From a virus (Duplodnaviria > Caudoviricetes): a DNA stretch of 54,417 nt. This document shows, piece after piece, positions 29,768 through 36,356 of this stretch (its first letter is position 1; each line of letters opens with the position of its first letter). Where the stretch lies: positions 1-54,417 of the IMG/VR virus record IMGVR_UViG_3300049893_000864. One strand, given 5' to 3'. The position numbers were made by a program, and so were the translations under genes. The notes under the pieces are model-generated. The model was given only the letters and a program-made list of their open reading frames with translations. It was not told where the DNA came from and did not search any database.

Positions 29768-30412
29768 CTAGAATCCCAGCGGGTCAGTCACGACCAATTG
29801 ATTGCCACGGCGAACCATCACATTACCATCGTGAAAGTCGAGATGGCGACCCGTAACACCGGCAATCTTGATAACCAATTGCATCATCTCAAGTTCACTT
29901 GCCGACGGCGTATAACTAGTACCGTAGGCACCATAATTGAACAAGTCCAGCATCGCCCGCTGGACACGCAAAAAATGAGTATACAGAGGGTGCTGAGGCT
30001 TGCGAGAATCCCAGTAGTTGCCATAACCCACAAGCGACTCCAACCGTTCCATCACGGCGATATACACATAACCTCGCACCGATCCGGTATCATCCACAAA
30101 CTCAACAACCCGAATTTCATGGATGCGAGGCAGCATGGGATTACACTTCGCCGTGCCGGTAGAATACACTTCCACGATCCAATTGAAGTAGCCATCGGTC
30201 GCCCGAGCGTTGCCGATCTTGAAAACCACGTTGCTATCTTTTTTGGCCCATGCTGAACCGAAGCAACCGTTTCCGAGCATTTTGAATTTGCTCTTTTTCA
30301 TTTGGCCCATGTAATACTCGTAGAAATCGGTGTTTACGTGGCAAGGCAAATGGACACGGTGTACCGACGTACACTTTTCGATCAGCGATTCAAGGGCGGC
30401 GGAAATTGCCAT
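29768..30412 (-). CDS. Ser/Thr protein kinase, T7 gp0.7-like (copy 1)
   Basis: LGNGCFGSAW Gly loop, VVFKIG Lys, DFHDGNVM catalytic loop, VTDP Mg-binding motif. Confidence 0.85.
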   Translation of the reverse strand: MAISAALESLIEKCTSVHRVHLPCHVNTDFYEYYMGQMKKSKFKMLGNGCFGSAWAKKDSNVVFKIGNARATDGYFNWIVEVYSTGTAKCNPMLPRIHEIRVVEFVDDTGSVRGYVYIAVMERLESLVGYGNYWDSRKPQHPLYTHFLRVQRAMLDLFNYGAYGTSYTPSASELEMMQLVIKIAGVTGRHLDFHDGNVMVRRGNQLVVTDPLGF

Positions 30413-30447
30413 GATGTTTCGGATTGATGTTGAATTACGATGTTTGC

Positions 30448-30476
30448 ATTATGCCGGATATTCGATTATTTGTCAA
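30448..30476 (-). promoter_or_regulatory. Early promoter repeat P7
   Basis: TTGACA-17-CATAAT; IHF-like box at 30485-30497. Confidence 0.88.
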
Positions 30477-30500
30477 CCCCTCCGTAAGTGATTGATCTAC

Positions 30501-30529
30501 AAAAGAAAAGGGCAGGGTCACACCCTGCC
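30501..30529 (-). terminator. Rho-independent terminator
   Basis: ggcagggt-cac-accctgcc followed by a U tract. Confidence 0.85.
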
Positions 30530-30539
30530 AGCTGTCAGA

Positions 30540-31307
30540 TTATGCTACCGGATCAGTAATGACCAGTTGACCATCGGCCCGCATCATCACGTTGCCCCCA
30601 TGAATGTCATTGCCTCGCCGGGTCCGCTTGATAACCGAGACAATCAATTGTACTGCCGCATCGAACGCTTTTTTGTGCTGCTGCATTGACTTCTCAATCA
30701 CAGCCTTGATTTTCTTATTCTGTGGGGCAACTACATCCTGCACTCCCATAAAACCGAGTTTCATCGGTGCAACAGCCCGCACTTTTGGCTTGCGAGGCTT
30801 GCGATTACGGCGAACCCGATCAACCTCGCTATCGATATGCCCGATAACGTCCATCGGATCATAGTCGGGAAATTCAGCGAGCCGTTCCATCACGACTACG
30901 TATCCCGACTCACGCTGGCCGTGAACGATACTGATGGAATGAATGATCGGCAGAAACGGATTGGATTTCGATTTCGGATCGGAAAAGACAGCATAAACCC
31001 AATTCAGGTATCCATCATTCTCATCCGCTCCACCGACCTTGTATACAAGGTTGTTGGATTTGTTCAGATACGCAGTCCCGAACACACCACTACCAAGTCG
31101 TTTGAATTTGAGTTTTCGAATCGTTGAATGGATAGCGTCAGCACCGTACTTTTCCAGCGGGACGTTGAAGTGTTCGATACCATCCCAGAGGAATTCCCGC
31201 CCGCCACGACGTGCCGAGTCGTAAGACCGATCATCTCGCCAATCATATATCTCGCCCCGCTCAATCCTACACTCGGTGCATGAACAATAATTCGAAACGG
31301 TACGCAC
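30540..31307 (-). CDS. Ser/Thr protein kinase, T7 gp0.7-like (copy 2)
   Basis: LGSGVFGTAY, VYKVG, YVVVMERL, DIHGGNVM, ITDPV; GTG start. Confidence 0.85.
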   Translation of the reverse strand: MRTVSNYCSCTECRIERGEIYDWRDDRSYDSARRGGREFLWDGIEHFNVPLEKYGADAIHSTIRKLKFKRLGSGVFGTAYLNKSNNLVYKVGGADENDGYLNWVYAVFSDPKSKSNPFLPIIHSISIVHGQRESGYVVVMERLAEFPDYDPMDVIGHIDSEVDRVRRNRKPRKPKVRAVAPMKLGFMGVQDVVAPQNKKIKAVIEKSMQQHKKAFDAAVQLIVSVIKRTRRGNDIHGGNVMMRADGQLVITDPVA

Positions 31308-31342
31308 GTTTGTTCCTATGGTTATTTGGATACGATGGAAGC

Positions 31343-31371
31343 ATTATGCCAGAGGGAGCATTATTTGTCAA
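31343..31371 (-). promoter_or_regulatory. Early promoter repeat P8
   Basis: TTGACA-17-CATAAT; perfect IHF box AATCAATGACTTA at 31380-31392. Confidence 0.88.
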
Positions 31372-31398
31372 CCCCTCTGTAAGTCATTGATTGTAAAC

Positions 31399-31424
31399 AA
31401 AAATAAAGGGGCCATTGGCCCCTT
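31399..31424 (-). terminator. Rho-independent terminator
   Basis: aaggggccattggcccctt followed by a U tract. Confidence 0.85.
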
Positions 31425-31451
31425 CTCTTGCCGGTAGGTTTTCCGGCGACC

Positions 31452-31583
31452 TTATTGTTTTGTTTCCTCGATTGCGTGAAGGAATTGGTAGTAGTCAACG
31501 AAGTCGAAGCTTCCACCATTTGCGATCACTCGCAGCATGTACGCTGCCAGATCAATCGCTTGCGCTTGAGTTAACTTGCTCAT
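31452..31583 (-). CDS. 43-aa hypothetical protein (not in ORF track)
   Basis: MSKLTQAQAIDLAAYMLRVIANGGSFDFVDYYQFLHAIEETKQ; RBS aagggg; fills the P9 cassette. Confidence 0.7.
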   Translation of the reverse strand: MSKLTQAQAIDLAAYMLRVIANGGSFDFVDYYQFLHAIEETKQ

Positions 31584-31621
31584 TCGTTTACCCCTTGTTC
31601 GTTTACGTTTACGATGATTGC

Positions 31622-31650
31622 ATTATGCCCTAGTCTCGATTATTTGTCAA
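31622..31650 (-). promoter_or_regulatory. Early promoter repeat P9
   Basis: TTGACA-17-CATAAT; IHF-like box at 31659-31671. Confidence 0.88.
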
Positions 31651-31677
31651 CCCCTCTGTAAGTGCCTGATTATAGAC

Positions 31678-31702
31678 AAAAAAAACCCAGCGTTGCGCTG
31701 GG
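31678..31702 (-). terminator. Rho-independent terminator
   Basis: cccagcg-ttg-cgctggg followed by U8. Confidence 0.85.
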
Positions 31703-31748
31703 CTAATGCCGATTCGGCGATTGTCAATCTGACCGACTACGTTTTGTT

Positions 31749-31940
31749 CTAGACAATCGTTTTAGCAGAAGAGTGGATGCGAAGGACGCATTCGATATAC
31801 TTTGCCACAAATTCATCACTCAACGGGCCGGGAATCTTATCCATCTCATCAATTGCCACGTTCATCAGCAATTGACATTCCAGAATGCCACGCTCGGCAC
31901 GGGACAAAATATTCAGCACGTCGGTTTCGTACTTTTTCAT
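31749..31940 (-). CDS. Hypothetical protein
   Basis: RBS aagga; sole gene of the P10 cassette. Confidence 0.7.
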   Translation of the reverse strand: MKKYETDVLNILSRAERGILECQLLMNVAIDEMDKIPGPLSDEFVAKYIECVLRIHSSAKTIV

Positions 31941-31968
31941 TTGAATGATCCTTGTTTACGATGGTGCT

Positions 31969-31997
31969 ATACTAGCACCATCGGGATTTATTGTCAA
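31969..31997 (-). promoter_or_regulatory. Early promoter P10, embedded in an 11-bp inverted repeat
   Basis: TTGACA-17-TAGTAT; cgatggtgcta-tac-tagcaccatcg at 31959-31983. Confidence 0.7.
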
Positions 31998-32722
31998 GCG
32001 GTCACTACCGCAACGGGAAACTTCACGAATCCCGTTTGATCTTTTTTCGCCTTGCCCTTTGCTTTCAGTCCGACGATAACGGGCCGAGGATCAAGGAAAC
32101 GCAAATCCGATTCGTCCCCATCGATAACCAGCAGACCATTATACGATTGCGGCAGACCATTGCCGAAAACCACGGCGACCGACATGCTGTTGTTGATCGC
32201 ATTCGTAACGTCAACGTCATTACCGTCGGCGGCAGAAAAAGTCAGATGGTAGTTAAGCGGCACATTGCGACCGGCAATCTTCGTATAATCGTAGAATTGC
32301 ACATCGGGAAACGCCGTCATGATGTTGCGAAACTCCACGCCATTGCGATAAACCCGAATCTTTTCAAATGCAATGTCTGACGTGCCGTTTAGACGAAAAA
32401 CCGGAGTCAGACCAAGCTTGGCAGATTGGCGCAGCGCCAATTCCACATCCTGAACCAATTGCGAAAGAAACAACGCACGTTGTTCGAAAAACATGCGAGT
32501 CTTGCGGATGCGAGCCTCTTGAATCGCATTAGTGTTTTCACCACGCTTGAACATACCGCCACGTCCGGCAATATTCAGACACGCAGCAGCGCAACCCGGA
32601 GTCGCTTTCGGGCACGTTTGATAGCCCGACAGCGTAGACGGCGCAAGGTGCAGAATGTAGGTATTGAAACCACGCACCATGCCCTTAACCGTTTTCGGAT
32701 TGCCAGTAGAGAGAAGCTTCAT
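31994..32722 (-). CDS. Gp88-family protein (Cys-cluster, radical-SAM-like)
   Basis: TCPKATPGCAAACL, RLNGTSDI, QFYDYTK, NYHLTFS, IDGDESDLRFLD, VGLKAKG. Confidence 0.8.
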   Translation of the reverse strand: MKLLSTGNPKTVKGMVRGFNTYILHLAPSTLSGYQTCPKATPGCAAACLNIAGRGGMFKRGENTNAIQEARIRKTRMFFEQRALFLSQLVQDVELALRQSAKLGLTPVFRLNGTSDIAFEKIRVYRNGVEFRNIMTAFPDVQFYDYTKIAGRNVPLNYHLTFSAADGNDVDVTNAINNSMSVAVVFGNGLPQSYNGLLVIDGDESDLRFLDPRPVIVGLKAKGKAKKDQTGFVKFPVAVVTA

Positions 32723-32755
32723 TTGTTTGTCCGGTTGATTGGATACGATGGAAGC

Positions 32756-32784
32756 ATTATGCCACAGAGGGGATTATTTGTCAA
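32756..32784 (-). promoter_or_regulatory. Early promoter repeat P11
   Basis: TTGACA-17-CATAAT; IHF-like box at 32793-32805. Confidence 0.88.
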
Positions 32785-33005
32785 CCCCTCGGTAAATCAC
32801 TGATTTCATTGAGATTATCAGGCATTGCCCCATGATAATCAATATACTCTGACAATTGATCGGAATCATATGCATCGATTCTCGTGAGATTGATACCGAT
32901 CAATTCCATTATTCTTGATGGCGAGAATCTATGATCCTCTGCTACCAATTGACCGTCGATGTAAAAACCTTGCCAATCATCGGCAACTACTAATGTGTAT
33001 GTCAT
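32781..33005 (-). CDS. Hypothetical protein, probably translated from a leaderless mRNA
   Basis: DDWQGFYIDGQLVAEDH; ATG lies 6 nt after the -10 box of P12. Confidence 0.75.
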   Translation of the reverse strand: MTYTLVVADDWQGFYIDGQLVAEDHRFSPSRIMELIGINLTRIDAYDSDQLSEYIDYHGAMPDNLNEISDLPRG

Positions 33006-33011
33006 GGAAGC

Positions 33012-33040
33012 ATTATGCCACAGAGGGGATTATTTGTCAA
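33012..33040 (-). promoter_or_regulatory. Early promoter repeat P12
   Basis: Identical to P11 over about 40 bp; IHF-like box at 33050-33062. Confidence 0.88.
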
Positions 33041-33070
33041 CCCCCTCTGTAAGTGTCTGATTTACAACGT

Positions 33071-33472
33071 CTATTCCAATGCCCGACGGTATTGTTGCTC
33101 GATGGGCCATGCTGCACGACGTTGATATGCAATCAATTTGCGTGGAGTCGTGGCGATGAAACCCAATTTAAATGCGCTATCGTCGCCCATCAAACCATCC
33201 CATTTACGAAAGAGAATTTTCTCATACCCGAATTGGGTAGCGGTCACGTCAACTACATAACCTTGCACGACACAAAACGCATGTCCACTGTTGATATTGA
33301 CAACAACATCGGGCACACCCGCCGCCTGTAACATTGACTGCAATTTGTATGCACACACGGCACACATGCAGCACATGTCCGACCATGCTCCATACCTGCG
33401 CCAATGAGCCTCGGCCCATTGGCGCACAACCGTAGCGACGCCTCGGACGAATTGCTGTGTTGATTTATTCAT
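33071..33472 (-). CDS. Putative transglutaminase/papain-fold protein
   Basis: Cys (MCAVCA), His (SGHAF) and Asp (VVDVTATQF) in the order of a C-H-D triad. Confidence 0.55.
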   Translation of the reverse strand: MNKSTQQFVRGVATVVRQWAEAHWRRYGAWSDMCCMCAVCAYKLQSMLQAAGVPDVVVNINSGHAFCVVQGYVVDVTATQFGYEKILFRKWDGLMGDDSAFKLGFIATTPRKLIAYQRRAAWPIEQQYRRALE

Positions 33473-33555
33473 CGTTGCGATCCTTCTCCACAGAGTAACC
33501 GTTGTAGCTGACCATCAGTTCAATCATTTCAATGTCCTTGTGTTAGTGTGAGGCT

Positions 33556-33584
33556 ATTATAGCCTCGTCCCGATTAAATGTCAA
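33556..33584 (-). promoter_or_regulatory. Early promoter P13
   Basis: TTGACA-17-TATAAT; palindrome gaggctattatagcctc over the -10 box. Confidence 0.85.
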
Positions 33585-33765
33585 TAGCCTCACACACGCT
33601 CGCCCGCTCAATGGTAAACGTCCATTCACACTTGCCCATGTACGTGTACGCCTCTTCGTTGGCCTTGCGGTAATGTTCCGCAACCGCATACGATTCGCAC
33701 GGTAGCACGAAAAATTCCTTACTTTCAGGCGCATCGCACTTGCCAATCAGCAGATAAATGAACAT
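33574..33765 (-). CDS. Hypothetical protein
   Basis: Sole gene of the P14 cassette; stop lies inside P13. Confidence 0.7.
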   Translation of the reverse strand: MFIYLLIGKCDAPESKEFFVLPCESYAVAEHYRKANEEAYTYMGKCEWTFTIERASVCEAIDI

Positions 33766-33794
33766 TGCTTATGTCCCTGTGTTAGTGTGAGTGC

Positions 33795-33823
33795 ATTATA
33801 GCAGTCGCCCGATTTATTGTCAA
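33795..33823 (-). promoter_or_regulatory. Early promoter P14
   Basis: TTGACA-17-TATAAT. Confidence 0.88.
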
Positions 33824-34095
33824 GCGACTGCGTTGCTTTCGTCGGCAAACCCGAGCATTTTGCTGAAGTAATCCGGTGCCCGATTCCGTACAAGCGCACG
33901 GAAATCCGCATCACTCAATTCCGGTTGCACTTGTGCAACCAGCACGGCCCGTGCGAAAGTTTCCAGCACGTCAGCCTTTATCGAGTACAGATAGTGATAT
34001 TCGCCCTGCTCTTGCACCTGCTTATTCAGTGCAGCAATCTTTGATTGAAACCACTTCTCCCGAACGGCTGGGTCATTGTGTTCAAGCTTGACCAT
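33820..34095 (-). CDS. Hypothetical protein
   Basis: Stop codon is the TGA of TTGACA. Confidence 0.7.
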   Translation of the reverse strand: MVKLEHNDPAVREKWFQSKIAALNKQVQEQGEYHYLYSIKADVLETFARAVLVAQVQPELSDADFRALVRNRAPDYFSKMLGFADESNAVA

Positions 34096-34097
34096 GA

Positions 34098-34292
34098 TTA
34101 ACCCAGCAGTTCATAAGTGATCGCACCGAACTCCGATTCGTGATCGAAGTATGCGAGCGTCTCGCCTCGACTATCAACAATCAAAACCGAGTCACCCTCG
34201 CCCGACTTAACGGATTGCTCCCGAGGGTTCATCACGTTGGCAACATCACGTTGCCAATCCCAATAATTTGTGTATTCCCGAGAGTTAAGCAT
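34098..34292 (-). CDS. Hypothetical protein
   Basis: First gene of the P15 cassette. Confidence 0.7.
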   Translation of the reverse strand: MLNSREYTNYWDWQRDVANVMNPREQSVKSGEGDSVLIVDSRGETLAYFDHESEFGAITYELLG

Positions 34293-34324
34293 GCTTGATT
34301 GATCCTTTACGATTGAATGGGTGC

Positions 34325-34353
34325 ATTATAGCACCTATTCGATTATTTGTCAA
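34325..34353 (-). promoter_or_regulatory. Early promoter P15
   Basis: TTGACA-17-TATAAT; IHF-like box at 34362-34374. Confidence 0.9.
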
Positions 34354-34380
34354 CCCCCTCGTAAGTGCCTGATTTTAGGC

Positions 34381-34406
34381 AATAAAAAGGGCCGCATGCG
34401 GCCCTT
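34381..34406 (-). terminator. Rho-independent terminator
   Basis: aagggccgcatgcggccctt followed by a U tract. Confidence 0.85.
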
Positions 34407-34432
34407 GCTGGTAGGATTGATCCAGCTACCCT

Positions 34433-34675
34433 TTACATGCCCATCGCTCGCACTTGCTTGCGAAGCTTGATTTGTGCGGGGGTGTGTTCAACCTTGATAG
34501 TCTGTCCATCTTTCACGCACCACGCAATGTCGTGCGAGTAGACCGATCCAATCTCAGTCTCGAACCCGTACACTTTTGCGATTCGGGTATTGCCTCGGGC
34601 GTTGTCGAAAATTTCTGCTGTCCAACCATTACTGAGAATGACTTGATCGCCCTTTTTCAGTTCGTTTGTGAACAT
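34433..34675 (-). CDS. Conserved phage hypothetical protein (SH3-like)
   Basis: TNELKKG...DNARGNTR..KVYG..TEIGSVYSHDI. Confidence 0.8.
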   Translation of the reverse strand: MFTNELKKGDQVILSNGWTAEIFDNARGNTRIAKVYGFETEIGSVYSHDIAWCVKDGQTIKVEHTPAQIKLRKQVRAMGM

Positions 34676-34703
34676 CGCTATGTCCTTGTGTTAGTGTGAG
34701 TGC

Positions 34704-34733
34704 ATTATAAAGCAAAAAGGGGATTGTTGTCAA
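34704..34733 (-). promoter_or_regulatory. Early promoter P16, overlapped by a terminator hairpin
   Basis: TTGACA-18-TATAAT; hairpin aaaggggattg-ttgt-caatccccttt at 34716-34741. Confidence 0.75.
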
Positions 34734-34903
34734 TCCCCTTTGTAAGTCCTTGTTTTACCAGCCGATTCGCCGCTTGATTGCATTCACCCTTCGTTTAGCG
34801 CCGAGGACTTCGAACAATCCTAGCGGCTTTCGCTTGCCCGCTTGTGCTATTCGCAGTGCCCGCTTCGCTCGGTCTAGTTGCCCTTTAAGTATCTTCGCCT
34901 TGT

Positions 34904-35191
34904 TCAAACGGCCACCTTTGTCATCTTGATGAACTTGACAGCCCATGCACTAAGGTTGTATTCCTTGCCCGTGCGCTTGCTTGTCATCTTCACGAAACCA
35001 TCGTTCGCCGGTTTCAGTTGGCGAGTGATCATGCGATCACCCACCTTAAGCCGCTTGGGTGCGGCACGTTTCACCAGTTCGACCAGTTCACGGTCCCGGA
35101 CGAATTCCGGGAGTCGCATCACTTCAAACTCCAGCGCCGGTTGTACTTGACGCAAATGATCGAAGTTCGCAGTAAATTCCGCTGCTTTCAT
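34904..35191 (-). CDS. Basic hypothetical protein
   Basis: Co-oriented ORF in the P17 cassette. Confidence 0.7.
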   Translation of the reverse strand: MKAAEFTANFDHLRQVQPALEFEVMRLPEFVRDRELVELVKRAAPKRLKVGDRMITRQLKPANDGFVKMTSKRTGKEYNLSAWAVKFIKMTKVAV

Positions 35192-35193
35192 GA

Positions 35194-35367
35194 TTAAAAC
35201 CCCAATGCCTTGTGAATCGGGAGGAAACGACCAGTGCCTTCTTCACGAAACGCACCATTGACCACTTCGTATTCCACACACTTGCTCGGACGCTTCATCG
35301 CCATCTTCATACCACGAAGCCCCTTACCCACTGCCAAATTCAACGTCTTTTCCTTGCGCTTACGCAT
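35194..35367 (-). CDS. 57-aa basic hypothetical protein (not in ORF track)
   Basis: MRKRKEKTLNLAVGKGLRGMKMAMKRPSK...; RBS aaggag; first gene after P17. Confidence 0.7.
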   Translation of the reverse strand: MRKRKEKTLNLAVGKGLRGMKMAMKRPSKCVEYEVVNGAFREEGTGRFLPIHKALGF

Positions 35368-35394
35368 TTGTTGCTCCTTTTTGACTGTGAATGT

Positions 35395-35423
35395 ATTATA
35401 CCACCGTGGGGATTATTTGTCAA
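35395..35423 (-). promoter_or_regulatory. Early promoter P17
   Basis: TTGACA-17-TATAAT. Confidence 0.9.
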
Positions 35424-35427
35424 CCCC

Positions 35428-35601
35428 TTACAGGCAATTCACAATACGAGGGAAAATATGAAAGCCAAGATGGTTCCTATCACTCTCGAACTTCGCTTGT
35501 TCAGCGGCGAGGGTCGCAGTTGCGTACAAACCAAAATTTACTTCTTCGTCAAAATCATCGTAACCGACAAGTTCGTACACAACCAAATTACGCTTATTCA
35601 T
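35428..35601 (-). CDS. Hypothetical protein
   Basis: Start reassigned to MNKRN (RBS aagga). Confidence 0.65.
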   Translation of the reverse strand: MNKRNLVVYELVGYDDFDEEVNFGLYATATLAAEQAKFESDRNHLGFHIFPRIVNCL

Positions 35602-35710
35602 GTTGATCCTTTTGAAGTTGAACCTTCGCCGCCCGACGTTGCGCCTTGCGGGTCTTACCATGTGCGCCCGCCTTGCGCTTGACGACAAATTTTACTAGAT
35701 AGTTACGCAT
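35594..35710 (-). CDS. 38-aa very basic peptide
   Basis: MRNYLVKFVVKRKAGAHGKTRKAQRRAAKVQLQKDQHE; RBS taagg. Confidence 0.65.
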   Translation of the reverse strand: MRNYLVKFVVKRKAGAHGKTRKAQRRAAKVQLQKDQHE

Positions 35711-35736
35711 GTTGCACCTTATTACAGAACATAAGA

Positions 35737-35829
35737 GATTCACGAAGGTTCGCCTATATTGAATCAATAGGGTGTGGCAGTGACACACTCATCTTGGCCT
35801 TCGCCTTGATGCCTACTTCAACGTGAATC
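35737..35829 (-). ncRNA. Candidate structured leader/small RNA (4-way junction)
   Basis: Closing stem GAUUCACG/CGUGAAUC encloses three hairpins; starts a few nt after the P18 start site. Confidence 0.55.
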
Positions 35830-35840
35830 AATATGGGAGT

Positions 35841-35869
35841 ATTATGCCTTAATTCGGATTATTTGTCAA
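35841..35869 (-). promoter_or_regulatory. Early promoter P18
   Basis: TTGACA-17-CATAAT; IHF-like box at 35878-35890. Confidence 0.88.
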
Positions 35870-35899
35870 CCCCCTCGCAAGTACCTGATTTTAGGCAAC

Positions 35900-35936
35900 A
35901 AAAAAGGGTGCTGGCGATAAAGCGCCTGCACCCTTT
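35900..35936 (-). terminator. Rho-independent terminator
   Basis: agggtgcaggcg-ctttat-cgccagcaccct followed by U6 (minus strand). Confidence 0.85.
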
Positions 35937-36322
35937 CTTGCCCTTCCTCGCACAGCTTGCGATTGTGTGGGTCAGTTGTGAGTTACCAGATGTTCCACGC
36001 TTTCGCTCCCATCCAGCCTCACCTAGAGAACGGCCCCATTCGTCCGCCGGGTCTGCAAACCACTTCAGCCTTGATTCTCTTGCAGGAGAACCACGACCTA
36101 GCCCTATTCATAACTCTTTTTTATTTACTTCCCTAGACTACTTTTTATCATCAACTACGTTCGGGCATTCGCCCTTGCCGATCCTTAGTGCGTATGTTCT
36201 TCGTCAGTGTGAAGTAACCGCTAAAAGCACACCCTCATCAGTTATGGCTTGCCTTCCGCCAAATGCCGCCTACGCAACGGAAACTGGACTTAACCTGCCA
36301 GCACTCAGGTTGTTTCTCAATG
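35900..36322 (-). ncRNA. Candidate ~420-nt non-coding RNA with its own promoter and terminator
   Basis: Bounded by P19 and a strong terminator; the only ATG-started sense ORF of note is 30 aa with a poor RBS; many hairpins. Confidence 0.6.
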
Positions 36323-36327
36323 GTTGT

Positions 36328-36356
36328 ATTATGCCTTAATTCCTATTTATTGTCAA
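36328..36356 (-). promoter_or_regulatory. Early promoter P19 (drives the candidate ncRNA)
   Basis: TTGACA-17-CATAAT. Confidence 0.88.

Noticed and set aside
28240-29770. Near-identical ~45-bp repeats as a CRISPR array
   Set aside because: Intervening segments are 150-650 bp, contain ORFs with RBS, and the repeat is a sigma70 promoter; no cas genes in the window.
35995-36006. 16S rRNA-like GCGAAAGCGUGG
   Set aside because: Only a 12-nt GNRA hairpin match; the flanks are unrelated to rRNA.
36200-36241. Hammerhead ribozyme (CUGAUGA on the minus strand at 36235-36241)
   Set aside because: A GUGUG/CACAC stem follows, but the required GAAA and stems I/III are not correctly placed.
35833-36339. 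168-aa plus-strand ORF
   Set aside because: Antisense to the promoter/terminator unit, no RBS, and it runs through promoter repeats; treated as a shadow ORF.
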